Part shown: one piece after another, positions 11,012 through 20,742 of the stretch
Position numbering within the stretch: position 1 is the first letter of the stretch
How the letters are laid out: the number at the start of each line of letters is the position of its first letter
From: a bacterium
GTDB lineage: Bacteria; Patescibacteriota; Patescibacteriia; Veblenbacterales; UBA10138
Direction: 5' to 3'
Length of the DNA: 64,000 nt
Assembly: GCA_020057885.1 (NCBI GenBank)
Contig: JAGVEX010000006.1
Coordinates: 23,850-87,849 of the forward strand
Notes under the pieces: model-generated
Database searches by the model: none
Told to the model about the DNA's origin: nothing
Seen by the model: the letters and a program-made list of their open reading frames with translations, nothing else
Translations under genes and position numbers: made by a program

Positions 11012-11202
11012 GAGCTCTGCTCGCGTAATCTGCGGGAAGAGCTCTGGTTTTGTTTAGGGGACGAGAAGGGCGCGAGAGAAAGCGAGCGAGCATAGCTTTC
11101 GGTGCGCAGCGCCCAGGTGCCCGAGTCGGAGCGAGGGAGAGTCCCTGCCTACCGGATTTCGGCGAGCTCAATCGAGTCGCAGGCAGGCATCCACACCCAC
11201 CA
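11012..11202. repeat. GC-rich 176-nt insert followed by a 15-nt perfect direct repeat (CATCCACACCCACCA) of the tRNA-Ile 3' end
   Basis: The 15-mer occurs at 10997-11011 and again at 11188-11202; the insert holds the palindrome CCTGCCT..AGGCAGG and a 50-nt core shared with 43326-43384. Confidence 0.55.
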
Positions 11203-11390
11203 CTCGACTCGCTTCACGTTTCGCGCTGAGCTCAACATTGAAGCCTCGCTCGTGGTAAACCAAAAAGCGAGGCGAGTGCCCTGAGTTAATCGAAGGGCAA
11301 CAAAATGATTTAATATGACCCACAGGGTCGTTTTTTATTGTTTTGAAAAAAGTGTTAGAATTAAGGTAGTTAATTATTAAATAAACATTT

Positions 11391-12956
11391 ATGATAACCG
11401 ATCAATTGCGGGATTATGTTAAACAGCAACTTGCTTTGGGTGTTACCAAGGATGATGTTAAAGCCAGACTTGTGGCTCGCGGCTGGGTTCAAAATGATAT
11501 TGAAGCTGTTTTAGCTCCCTCTGTTCAAGGTACGGCCCCATCTCAACCTAGTGTACAATCACAACCATTATCACCGTTTCAAGCTTTAGCACAACAACCA
11601 AATCCCGAAGCTAATACACAGCCAACTGTGTCTACTCAGCAGGTTTCACCGCTTAAGCCAGTTTCGACTCCTACTGTTATGCCACAAGTTTCTTTGCAGG
11701 CGGCTATGAGCGCTTCGCCTACTTTTGCACAAAATTCTAAGTCTAGTAAAAAAATATGGCTAGCAGCTGGTTTGGCAGTGGTGGTTTTATTATTAGCCGG
11801 TGGAGCGTGGGCTTATTATACTTATTATTTGCAGGCACCAGAAAGAGTTTTAGTAAAAATGCTCGATAAATTAGCCGAGGTGAAGTCGAGCGAATATTCA
11901 GGTGAAATAAAAATTGAAACAGATTTTAGTAAATATAATTCTTATTCGCTTTTACCTTCCAATAATAAAGATAATCAGGCTCAAACTGGAAAATTAACAA
12001 TTAAGTTTAATGGTATTTCAGAAACGCAAGTACAGGATTTAAATGATTTAAAAATGGCTGCCTCAATTACAGCTGTTCCAGAAAATATGGCCGAGCTTAA
12101 TAGTAATTTAGGTATTGAACTTAGGATGTTGGGTAAAATTATGTTTATTAAATTAACCGAAGTTCCTAACTTAGGGTTAGTTGATTTGAGTACCATTAAA
12201 GATCAGTGGATAAGATTTGATTTTGATGCTATGGCCAAACAATTTGGTGCGGCAGAAAAAGTTCAAGAGTTTGAAACACAACAGAAAGCAGTTTTAGATA
12301 AATTTTCCCAGTTGCGCCAAGCCGTTATAACTTCTGGTTTATTTAAGGTAGCCGAAAAACTATCAGGGGAGACAATCGATGGCGTTTCTACCTATCATTA
12401 TAAAATTATTTTAGATAAAGATGGTTTGCAAAATTTCTTCACCCAAGTTAATAAAATTATTAATGAATCCGAACTTACCACAGATCAACAAACTGAGCTT
12501 GAGACTAATTTAAGCAAGTTAGCGAGCTTACCGGCAGGAGAAATTTGGATTGGTAAAAAGGATTATTTACCCCGTAAAATTTATTTTGAAAATACTACGC
12601 CAGCCGATGAATCAACTTCTTCCACCAAAATCACCGTTACTTATTTTATGTCCAAATTTAATGAGCCAGTGCAGGTTGATATTCCAGAACAATCAAAATC
12701 AATTGAGGAGCTTGTTGCTGGTATAATGGGTGATTTAAATACGGAGTCCAATATTCCTACACCAGATTTAAACAAAGATTCAGATAATGACGGTTTGTCA
12801 GATTATCTGGAAAGTTATTATGGCACTAATCCTAACAATCCAGATACAGATGGTGATGGCTACAAAGATGGCGATGAAGTTAAAAATGGATATAATCCTA
12901 ATGGTTCGGGTAAGGAAATTTTACCGCCACCCCAGCCCGCTACTCTTCCTGAATGA
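11391..12956 (+). CDS. Hypothetical membrane-anchored surface protein with C-terminal Asp-rich calcium-binding-like repeats
   Basis: Pro/Gln-rich N-terminus, one TM helix (IWLAAGLAVVVLLLAGGAWAYY), C-terminal DSDNDGLSDY..NPDTDGDGYKDGDE (thrombospondin-type-3-like DxDxDG). Confidence 0.6.
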   Translation: MITDQLRDYVKQQLALGVTKDDVKARLVARGWVQNDIEAVLAPSVQGTAPSQPSVQSQPLSPFQALAQQPNPEANTQPTVSTQQVSPLKPVSTPTVMPQVSLQAAMSASPTFAQNSKSSKKIWLAAGLAVVVLLLAGGAWAYYTYYLQAPERVLVKMLDKLAEVKSSEYSGEIKIETDFSKYNSYSLLPSNNKDNQAQTGKLTIKFNGISETQVQDLNDLKMAASITAVPENMAELNSNLGIELRMLGKIMFIKLTEVPNLGLVDLSTIKDQWIRFDFDAMAKQFGAAEKVQEFETQQKAVLDKFSQLRQAVITSGLFKVAEKLSGETIDGVSTYHYKIILDKDGLQNFFTQVNKIINESELTTDQQTELETNLSKLASLPAGEIWIGKKDYLPRKIYFENTTPADESTSSTKITVTYFMSKFNEPVQVDIPEQSKSIEELVAGIMGDLNTESNIPTPDLNKDSDNDGLSDYLESYYGTNPNNPDTDGDGYKDGDEVKNGYNPNGSGKEILPPPQPATLPE

Positions 12957-12990
12957 AATAATTAAGTAGATTTCACTAAAAATAAACATT

Positions 12991-13018
12991 AAAATCCGCC
13001 TCTTGGGGGCGGATTTTA
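12991..13018. terminator. Bidirectional terminator hairpin between convergent genes
   Basis: AAAATCCGCCTCTTGGGGGCGGATTTTAG. Confidence 0.5.
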
Positions 13019-13465
13019 GTTTATATTCCAACTGATTATTCTTTCGTTTTCATGTTTACCATGCTGGAATTGTATATTTATTATTTTTTTACCTTTTATT
13101 TTTAATTTATCTGCCCATTCAATAGCGACTATAGTAGAGGGTTCGTTTAAATGATCATTTAAGCCTATTTTTGAAAATTCAATTCTTGGTAGGCGGTAAC
13201 AATCCACATGTACCAATTGTTTAATGCGGCCATGTTTAACAGTATATACTTTCATTAGCACAAAAGTCGGACTGGTGATTGTTTGTTTAACACCGAGCCT
13301 TTTAGCTAACCCTTTAAGAAAAGTGGTTTTGCCCCCACCTAAATTGCCATTAAGTGTTAGTATTTCCCCACCTCTTAATTGTTGGGCAATTTTTTGTCCC
13401 AACCTTTCAGTTTCTTGCGTACTGTGGGAGATGATTTTATTCTTGATTCTTGATTCTTGATTCAT
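13016..13465 (-). CDS. tsaE: tRNA threonylcarbamoyladenosine biosynthesis protein TsaE (P-loop ATPase)
   Basis: LKGGEILTLNGNLGGGKTTFLKGLAKRLGV...ITSPTFVLMKVY...VHVDCYRL; start chosen at MNQES, while the ORF track begins further upstream. Confidence 0.8.
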   Translation of the reverse strand: MNQESRIKNKIISHSTQETERLGQKIAQQLRGGEILTLNGNLGGGKTTFLKGLAKRLGVKQTITSPTFVLMKVYTVKHGRIKQLVHVDCYRLPRIEFSKIGLNDHLNEPSTIVAIEWADKLKIKGKKIINIQFQHGKHENERIISWNIN

Positions 13466-13475
13466 AATTCTTGTT

Positions 13476-14537
13476 TTAATTCCACAGTTCCCAATTAGCA
13501 TTGGCTTGTAGTTTTTGCCAACTTTTAATAAGTTTATTCGGCTTGAAATTTTTAATCTTTATGGCCGCCGCTAGGGCAATCATGGCAGCATTGTCACCAG
13601 TAAAACTTAATTCCGGAAAGAATAATTTTACATTTGGCATATCTATTTTAACTTGTTTAGTGAGTTCTTGGCGCAAAGCTTGGTTGGCAGAAACCCCGCC
13701 GCTTACTATTATACTGCGCGCTTTATATTGTTTAGCCGCCCGTAAAGTTTTATTTATTAAAACATCTAAACTAGCCTGTTGAAACGAAGCGCAAATATCA
13801 GCCTTTAGTTTAGTTGTAATTTGCGCGGTTTGGTATTTTTGCAAAGTGTAAAGTACGGCTGTTTTAAGTCCAGAAAAACTAAAATTATAATCATTATTTT
13901 TTAACAGTGGTCGGGGAAAAGTAAAGGCCTGTTTATTGCCTTGTAAAGCTAGTTTGGCAACTTGTGGCCCGCCGGGATATGGCAGTTTTAACATTTTAGC
14001 TACCTTGTCAAAAGCTTCACCGGCGGCGTCATCTAAAGTTTTGCCTAAAAATTTGCGTTGCCCCAATGAACGCATTAAATAAAGTTCAGTATGTCCGCCT
14101 GAAATTACCAAAGCTACTGCTGGCCAAGTAGATGCTTTGGAGACTAGTGGCCAATTGGTTGGCGAGAGAAACGGACTAACCAAGTGTCCCTCGATATGAT
14201 TTATGCCAAGCAGAGGCTTGTGCCACGCCGCCGCCAGGGTTTTAGCAGTTTCTACACCTACTTGTAGTGCCGTAATAAGCCCCGGGCCAGAGGTTACAGC
14301 CATAAGATCAATCTGTGACGGTTTAACTTTTGCCTGGTTAAGCGCGTCGTGGAGTAGGGGAACAATAGTTTCATTGTGACGTCTGGCTGCTAACTCCGGT
14401 ACCACTCCGCCCAAACGAGCGTGCAATTTGGTTTGTGAAGAAATAATAATTGATTCAATTTTAAGCTTGCCCCTGTTCAGGTTTAATAAAGCAAGTGAGG
14501 TTTCGTCGCAAGAGGTTTCAATACCAAGTATTCGCAT
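13476..14537 (-). CDS. tsaD: tRNA N6-adenosine threonylcarbamoyltransferase TsaD (Kae1/YgjD family)
   Basis: MRILGIETSCDETSLALL...GINHIEGH...ISGGHTEL...SGGVSANQ; metal-binding His pair conserved. Confidence 0.9.
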   Translation of the reverse strand: MRILGIETSCDETSLALLNLNRGKLKIESIIISSQTKLHARLGGVVPELAARRHNETIVPLLHDALNQAKVKPSQIDLMAVTSGPGLITALQVGVETAKTLAAAWHKPLLGINHIEGHLVSPFLSPTNWPLVSKASTWPAVALVISGGHTELYLMRSLGQRKFLGKTLDDAAGEAFDKVAKMLKLPYPGGPQVAKLALQGNKQAFTFPRPLLKNNDYNFSFSGLKTAVLYTLQKYQTAQITTKLKADICASFQQASLDVLINKTLRAAKQYKARSIIVSGGVSANQALRQELTKQVKIDMPNVKLFFPELSFTGDNAAMIALAAAIKIKNFKPNKLIKSWQKLQANANWELWN

Positions 14538-14668
14538 ATAGTTTATCAATAATGAAAATTTGAGCTTTAGCTTATTTAGCTTATCAAGTTAACTGATTTT
14601 TTGCTATACTAGGGTCGTTTTATAAAATTTATTTTATAAGTACAATTTTTTCTTTTTTATCCCAACCC

Positions 14669-14697
14669 TTGACAGAATTATACTATAGTGCTATACT
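14669..14697 (+). promoter_or_regulatory. Sigma70-like promoter TTGACA-17-TATACT
   Basis: Perfect hexamers 27 nt upstream of the 14724 ORF. Confidence 0.4.
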
Positions 14698-14723
14698 GAT
14701 TTGTTCTTAAATGAACGTTATTT

Positions 14724-16037
14724 ATGAAACTATATTTAACTAAGAAATTATGTTTAATAGGTGTTTTTACCATCCTAATGTTGGGTTGGCCTAGTTTTGT
14801 TTGGGCGGATGAATTAATAATAAACAGAATGACTGTTGAGGAAGTTAAGCCTGAAATAGGAATTAAAGTATCTGGAATTATAATGAAAATTAGTTGGTTT
14901 ACAAACAAGGAGGCGGATGGAAGAGTTAATTATGGTCCTAATAGTGGTTATGGCTACAACGTTGGTTCTTCCATAGTAGGTTTGTATCATGAGGTTACAT
15001 TGGCTGGCCTCAAAGGCGAAACTGTTTATCATTTTAAAATTACTTCTAAAGCCACTACTGGCCAACTAATGCAATCTTTTGATCAAACCTTTAAAACACC
15101 TAAATTTACAGATATAGGGGATCCTCCAATTATTTCTGATGTTAGAGTTTCTTATGTCCGCGGAACATATTTTTTAGTAACCTGGTATACAGATAAACCC
15201 ACTGATGCTGCGGTGGAATATGCCACTGAGCCAACCTTAGCACGTACAAGCCGGTCTGGTGGTTCTCGCAATGTTACAACTCATGAAGTACTGGTTCGTA
15301 GTTTAAAATTAAATACTACTTATTATTTCCGCGTGCGCTCAATTGATAATAATGGTAATAAACAAGTGCGTGGCGGTTTTAAAGTTACTACCGCTTCCAG
15401 TAATTCAGCGGAAAAAGAACCGTTGGCCATTAGTCAGATTTCTCCGATTTCGTGGCCCGATCCTCTTATTACTGATACAGCTATAACTTTCCGTTGGCAC
15501 ACTAATCATCCCACTCGTGGTCGTGTGGAGATTGCTCGACAAAAAGTGGCTGAAACTGGATTTTTGGAAACTGAACATGAACTTACTGTAAAAAATCTTA
15601 AGCCAAATACAACTTATGTGGCTAAAATTTATGCTGATACAGTGTGGCGTTTAAGCGCCCAGACTGGCGAAATAACTCTAATGACTTCTACGACTTATGT
15701 GCCAACAGCACCATTGCCTGATTATTCTGGTCGGGTAGCAGGTGATGCAACTTGTGTAAATTATAGTGCTTATGGTATTACTTGCCGTGATTTGGCAGCT
15801 GAGCGTAAAGCCGCTACAGAAATAAAGGATGCACTTTATAAGAAATATCGTGGGCGTACACCCAGTGGTGCGGCTCGCAATTGGTTTACTCTAGTACGCG
15901 CTCGTGCTTATGGCGGTTATCCAATTAATGCCATTGTGCAAACCGTAAGGTTTGGAGGCAAAACCGTTCACCCCTCTATTCCTTGGAGTAGCTGGAAAAA
16001 TTCTAAGGATTACAAGACTTATATAAATAAAAATTAA
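14724..16037 (+). CDS. Secreted protein with three Fn3-like (purple-acid-phosphatase N-terminal type) repeats and a C-terminal domain
   Basis: Signal peptide; three repeats of the pattern W(F/Y)T(N/D)KP..G.VEY....L......T.HEV.L.GLKPNTTY.F.V. Confidence 0.55.
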   Translation: MKLYLTKKLCLIGVFTILMLGWPSFVWADELIINRMTVEEVKPEIGIKVSGIIMKISWFTNKEADGRVNYGPNSGYGYNVGSSIVGLYHEVTLAGLKGETVYHFKITSKATTGQLMQSFDQTFKTPKFTDIGDPPIISDVRVSYVRGTYFLVTWYTDKPTDAAVEYATEPTLARTSRSGGSRNVTTHEVLVRSLKLNTTYYFRVRSIDNNGNKQVRGGFKVTTASSNSAEKEPLAISQISPISWPDPLITDTAITFRWHTNHPTRGRVEIARQKVAETGFLETEHELTVKNLKPNTTYVAKIYADTVWRLSAQTGEITLMTSTTYVPTAPLPDYSGRVAGDATCVNYSAYGITCRDLAAERKAATEIKDALYKKYRGRTPSGAARNWFTLVRARAYGGYPINAIVQTVRFGGKTVHPSIPWSSWKNSKDYKTYINKN

Positions 16038-16062
16038 TTTTTAAAATTAGAATGTATATTTA

Positions 16063-16096
16063 AAAATCACCCCCGCCATGGCGAGGGTGATTTTAG
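16063..16096. terminator. Bidirectional terminator hairpin
   Basis: AAAATCACCCCCGCC-atg-GCGAGGGTGATTTTAG; same sequence family as 5274-5307. Confidence 0.5.
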
Positions 16097-16111
16097 TTTT
16101 TAGCACAAGTA

Positions 16112-17206
16112 TTAATTAAGAGAACGTTCGCCTAAAATAGCGTTTAAATATATTTCCGTACCATTACGTAGGATTTTTAATTTTATCTCTTGGTTTGCTT
16201 GGTAACGGGAAATAATATTAGATAATGAATTTTGTATAGTTGGTTTTTCGCCATTAATATCTAGAATAATATCTCCCAGTTTTATACCAGATTTATCAGC
16301 TGGACCATCGGGCAATACCCCAGGTTCTCCCTCGCTAGTTTTGATTAATACGTAAGCGCCTTGGTTGTAAGGTAGATTGTAAGCTCGCGCTACAGTGCGA
16401 TTAAGCATTACATAGCGCACGCCCAAAAAGGCTCGCGTTAATTTTCCAGTTTTACGGAAAATTTGTAAAGCTTGTTTGGCGCGATTAATTGGAATAGCAA
16501 AACCTAAGGCTTCACCCGAACGATTAATAGCCGTATTAATACCAACTACTTCACCGCGCAAGTTAATTAATGGCCCGCCTGAATTACCTGGATTAATAGA
16601 GGCATCGGTTTGAATAGTGCCCTCGAGAGTCTCCGTTATGCCACCACCCGAGGCAGTAATGGTGCGGCCAATACCAGATATAATACCGCGCGTTAAAGTA
16701 TTGCGAAATTCGGCGAGCACATTGCCAATCGCTAAAGCGGTTTGGCCAATGCGTATTTTATCAGAATCACCAAGCTTAGCAGGTTTGAAGCCACTGCCTT
16801 CAACTTTTACAATAGCAACATCAAATAAAGGGTCGCGTGCCAACACCGAGGCCGTATATTCTTTGCCATCGCTTGTCATGACAGTGTAGTCAACATTATC
16901 GTTAGCAACTACATGTTTATTGGTAATAATATAACCATCAGTGGAAACAAAGAATCCAGTACCGCCGCCAGTATCCTGCTTAGAAACTCCACCGACCAAG
17001 TTGGCCACCTCTTCGCTGATAATTATACTAACTACCGAAGGTAGGGTATTTTCATAAGCGCGAATTACGGCCTCTTCTTCGGGCACGGTAATATTTTGTT
17101 GAACAGCAGTTGGTTTTGTTATAGTTTTAGTAGTACCTACACTAGCCGCTAAAGCCAATTGAGGTATTAAAGTAACTATTAATAAGAGAGAAAAGTATTT
17201 TTTCAT
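16112..17206 (-). CDS. htrA: Periplasmic serine endoprotease HtrA/DegP family (trypsin domain plus PDZ)
   Basis: GTGFFVSTDGYIITNKHVV (His), D in DPLFDVAIVKV, GNSGGPLINLRGEVVGINTA (Ser), C-terminal PDZ-like GIKLGDIILDINGEKP. Confidence 0.85.
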   Translation of the reverse strand: MKKYFSLLLIVTLIPQLALAASVGTTKTITKPTAVQQNITVPEEEAVIRAYENTLPSVVSIIISEEVANLVGGVSKQDTGGGTGFFVSTDGYIITNKHVVANDNVDYTVMTSDGKEYTASVLARDPLFDVAIVKVEGSGFKPAKLGDSDKIRIGQTALAIGNVLAEFRNTLTRGIISGIGRTITASGGGITETLEGTIQTDASINPGNSGGPLINLRGEVVGINTAINRSGEALGFAIPINRAKQALQIFRKTGKLTRAFLGVRYVMLNRTVARAYNLPYNQGAYVLIKTSEGEPGVLPDGPADKSGIKLGDIILDINGEKPTIQNSLSNIISRYQANQEIKLKILRNGTEIYLNAILGERSLN

Positions 17207-17260
17207 AAATTAAAAATTAATTATTACATTATAAGTAATACGTAAATGTAGTTATATTTC

Positions 17261-18598
17261 TTACACAATTAACGGTAGTTGCTCCACTTCTAATTTTTTA
17301 CCAGTAATAAGGCTTTCAATACGATAAGCCCCATGTGTGGGGGCTTCAATAAAACCACTCCAAGCTACGCGCGCTAAGCCACCAGAATTTGCCCAATCAA
17401 ACAGCCATTCATTAACATAACGCGGATCGTTTTGAGTAATACCGCCGCCTACCGTATGGAGCCACAAACGGTTGAATTGTTCCTGTGAGCCTATGGGAGG
17501 GGCTATTATAATAGGTAGGCCTAAACCGGTATAAAAAGATAATTCTGAAGGTTTGGTCCAAAGCACATCCGTAGTGTGCAGTACTTCACTGAATTTTTTA
17601 AAATAACTATCTCTGTTTTCGTTGTGAATAATATTAATTCCGTTTCCTAAATATTTTTTAAGCCCCAAGTCTTTTACACCCTGTTGATAATAAGACAAAG
17701 CGTCATGATGTGTTCCAGTAAGCAGATTCAAACGTATTTTCCCCTGGCTTATTTTAGTGTTTAAACTTTCGGCTATCTGCAAACCAATATTTTTTTGCGC
17801 GCCAGCTCCGCCCAAAGAAAAAGTAAGAGTAAAAGGATGTTTGTGATTAAGTTTTCGCCAATTGCGGCCCAAGTATCTTGTTAGGGCATGGTCGTATTTA
17901 TCAGCAAAGATTCCTTGTGGATCTAAGTTTTGCAAACGACGCGAAAGATCTCGTTTAAGTATTGGCATACGCGCTCCACCAATAAGCTCTTTGGGTAGCG
18001 GAAAGCCGGTAAGAAAAATATTTTCGTGCCTAACTCCATAAAGCTTTAGGCGTTCTACCACACGGCCGTTGGGCGCTAAATATTTAATGCGACTAGCGCG
18101 CGGGTCTAGGGGCGCCCAGGTGCGGCTACAATCAGCATCACAAATAACACAATAGATATCTCCCGGGTAATTGTACTCTTCAGCTGCAAAAGCAGCTTGG
18201 AAAAAAGTGGCTATTATGGGCAAGGGCTTTTTTTTCATTAAATCAACCAAATGCTTCCCCAAACCCTTATGCAACAAACTATAAGTTTCCTTAAGTTGCA
18301 TATTAGGTTCAGATAGATCGCGTCGCGGATAAAAAGGTTCAATCTGCTGAAACTGATCCATCGCATCAAAAAGCAGGTTGCCGATTAGGGGAAAGGTTTT
18401 TAAACGTGAGACGGTTTCATAAAGCTTTCTAAGTTGTACCCAATGCTTGCGCTCGTTTTGGGGAATACCCGGGTATTTGTTAGCTATTAGTACCTGGCCG
18501 CCATAGGCAAGCTCACGCAGGCCATAGGCCGCGCGTTCGTGACCGTAACCCATATCTACGGCTATTACCCAAGCTTTGGGAGAATGTGATATTTTCAT
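17261..18598 (-). CDS. Putative GT-B glycosyltransferase, MGDG-synthase/MurG-like (GT28-like)
   Basis: N-terminal AWVIAVDMGYGHERAAYGL fits the G-x-G-H-xx-AA pattern of MGDG-synthase/UgtP N-termini; C-terminal GLGLPIIIAPPIGSQEQFNRLWL resembles a GT-B C-terminal sugar-donor motif. Confidence 0.4.
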   Translation of the reverse strand: MKISHSPKAWVIAVDMGYGHERAAYGLRELAYGGQVLIANKYPGIPQNERKHWVQLRKLYETVSRLKTFPLIGNLLFDAMDQFQQIEPFYPRRDLSEPNMQLKETYSLLHKGLGKHLVDLMKKKPLPIIATFFQAAFAAEEYNYPGDIYCVICDADCSRTWAPLDPRASRIKYLAPNGRVVERLKLYGVRHENIFLTGFPLPKELIGGARMPILKRDLSRRLQNLDPQGIFADKYDHALTRYLGRNWRKLNHKHPFTLTFSLGGAGAQKNIGLQIAESLNTKISQGKIRLNLLTGTHHDALSYYQQGVKDLGLKKYLGNGINIIHNENRDSYFKKFSEVLHTTDVLWTKPSELSFYTGLGLPIIIAPPIGSQEQFNRLWLHTVGGGITQNDPRYVNEWLFDWANSGGLARVAWSGFIEAPTHGAYRIESLITGKKLEVEQLPLIV

Positions 18599-18730
18599 AC
18601 ATTTTTATTATATCAAAAAATACCAATTTGTGGTGGTGTATGATATTTGGACTATTGACTGATTAATTATTTGGATGTAAGGTGTGGCAAAAGGATAAGT
18701 AAATAAAAATATAAATAAAAAGGAATTAAC

Positions 18731-19369
18731 ATGCGTAAATTAATAATTAGCACTAGCATAGCGTTAGTTTTTTTGTTTGCCCGAGCGCAACCTGTTGATT
18801 CATCCCGATATCACTTTAGTTTAATGAGTAGCTACAAATTAAAGGCTACCGCGGCTTTTTTATCTCTAACTGGGCAATGGATTTTTTGGGGCGGAGCGCC
18901 TGACAGCTTTATTTTGCACGAAGAGATAGATTTAGTTAATAAAACAGAAAATTTTTCTATTTTATTAATAGATGACGAAGGGGTTAACTGGGTTAAGCTT
19001 TACAGCGATACAACTAAACATTCAATAGTAAAATTACCGACGCAGTCTGTTAAAATTATGGGGACAGACGGTATTAAATTTATTGGATCCTTATTTCGAT
19101 TATTTGTCGATACAGCATTACACTATGTTTCTGGTAAAGTTACTTTGGGTGATAGCTTGTTTGTTGCTGAAGCAACTGAATCGGGATGTCTAACCAATAA
19201 CACTAGGCGCTTTACGGTTAGTACCAAGGACAAAAATAGCACTTATATCGAAGGTGAAGTGCTAATTGAATACAAAGATGATGTTTTGATTTATCGTGAG
19301 ATAGATGTTTCCCTAAAGCGCAGTAAATTACAAATGAAGCTCACGCTTCTAAACACCCAAATTAAATAA
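18731..19369 (+). CDS. Hypothetical secreted protein
   Basis: N-terminal signal peptide ISTSIALVFLFARAQ; no recognisable family. Confidence 0.45.
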   Translation: MRKLIISTSIALVFLFARAQPVDSSRYHFSLMSSYKLKATAAFLSLTGQWIFWGGAPDSFILHEEIDLVNKTENFSILLIDDEGVNWVKLYSDTTKHSIVKLPTQSVKIMGTDGIKFIGSLFRLFVDTALHYVSGKVTLGDSLFVAEATESGCLTNNTRRFTVSTKDKNSTYIEGEVLIEYKDDVLIYREIDVSLKRSKLQMKLTLLNTQIK

Positions 19370-19478
19370 TATTAATATCTTTACACGAAAGGCTTTACTA
19401 CTTAAAGGTAAAGCCTTTTTAATTTGGTGGGGGTGCTTTAAACGAGTGGGGGTTAGAGCATTGTTATAGTCAACAGAA

Positions 19479-20456
19479 TCAAAGTATTAATGAGTAAATG
19501 TAACCAAGTAAAATAATAGCCACTGTTACTACACCATAGAATATAGTAATGAGTTTGCCTGTCATTACCTTTTTCAGCATCACTGCCGAAGGAATAGATA
19601 GACCAACCGCCGCCATCATAAAAGCTAATACGGCGCCTAATGGTATACCCTTATCCACGAGTACCTGCGCTATTGGTAATATACCAGCAGCATTGGCGTA
19701 TAATGGCACCGCTACAATCACAGCAATCGGCACAGCTATCAGGCTATTAATATTCAGATAAGTCTCAAAAAAACTAACAGGAACAAACCCATGAATAAAG
19801 GCACCAATGCCAACTCCTAAGACTACATATAAACCGACGGTTTTTATAATATCCAGAGACTCACCAAAGGCAATTTTTATTTTTTCAGTAAAATTTTTAT
19901 TCGTTTGAGGCGTAATATTATTATCAGTTTGTGCTGTGGATTTTAACACCCATGGCGATAGATATTTCTCAAGGGACATTTTTCCCAGTATGTAACCAGC
20001 GATTAAGGATACAATTATTCCACTTATTACATATATGATGGTTGTTTTGATGCCAAACACACCCATAAGCATGGCAATAACCACCGAATCAACCAAGGGT
20101 GAGCTAATAAGAAAAGTTAGCGTAACGCCTAAGGGAATACCTCCGCGCACAAATCCTATAAAAAGCGGTACTGAAGAACATGAGCAGAATGGTGTAATAG
20201 TGCCAAAGAGTGCAGCTAGTAAATAATCTGCTCCATATAATTTTTTGGTGGTAAGGTATGTTCGAACTTTTTCTACAGGAAAGTATGCATTTACTAACCC
20301 CATAACCGAGGCAATGACAAAAAGAAGAATAAATATCTTTAGTGTGTCATAAATAAAAAAGCTACTACTTTCGCCCAATTGGCTTGTCTTATCTATTAAA
20401 AAAATACTATAAGTGACCCAGTTGGCGAATAGTTGCAGTGGGTAGAAGATATCCAT
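19479..20456 (-). CDS. Predicted permease (COG0701/DUF318-like, multi-TM)
   Basis: About 8-10 hydrophobic helices with a Cys-rich segment FCSCSSVPL; the family is typically paired with a redox-active disulfide protein, as it is here. Confidence 0.6.
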   Translation of the reverse strand: MDIFYPLQLFANWVTYSIFLIDKTSQLGESSSFFIYDTLKIFILLFVIASVMGLVNAYFPVEKVRTYLTTKKLYGADYLLAALFGTITPFCSCSSVPLFIGFVRGGIPLGVTLTFLISSPLVDSVVIAMLMGVFGIKTTIIYVISGIIVSLIAGYILGKMSLEKYLSPWVLKSTAQTDNNITPQTNKNFTEKIKIAFGESLDIIKTVGLYVVLGVGIGAFIHGFVPVSFFETYLNINSLIAVPIAVIVAVPLYANAAGILPIAQVLVDKGIPLGAVLAFMMAAVGLSIPSAVMLKKVMTGKLITIFYGVVTVAIILLGYIYSLIL

Positions 20457-20457
20457 A

Positions 20458-20697
20458 CTAAATAGCTTGTTTGAGTAGTGTTGTTATTTCATCAGTACTA
20501 TGCAATTGGCCAACCATAATAGCTTTGCCGTTTACCATTAAAATAGGACTTTGGATAAAACCCATAGCGATTATTTTTTCTACATCGGTTATGTAATCAA
20601 CTGTAACCTCAAGGCCAAGAGTTTTTACAGCCTCCTGAGTACGGTCAAATAATTTTTTACACTTAGGGCAACCACTACCCATAACTTCAATTTTCAT
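20458..20697 (-). CDS. Thioredoxin-fold redox-active disulfide protein 2-like
   Basis: MKIEVMGSGCPKCKKL CxxC motif at N-terminus, about 79 aa, matches the small TM0979/MTH895-type family. Confidence 0.7.
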   Translation of the reverse strand: MKIEVMGSGCPKCKKLFDRTQEAVKTLGLEVTVDYITDVEKIIAMGFIQSPILMVNGKAIMVGQLHSTDEITTLLKQAI

Positions 20698-20742
20698 AAT
20701 TTAATTATATCACCAAACTAAAAAACCACCCTCACCAGGTGG

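Noticed and set aside
10914-11284. ORFs 10914-11171 (minus) and 11102-11284 (plus)
   Set aside because: Overlap tRNA-Ile and the GC-rich repeat insert; no RBS; GC-rich repeat sequence gives open frames by chance.
13440-13462. Tandem heptamer (AATCAAG x3) at the tsaE 5' end
   Set aside because: Short in-frame microsatellite encoding NQESRIKN at a poorly conserved N-terminus, possibly upstream of the true start; not a distinct feature.
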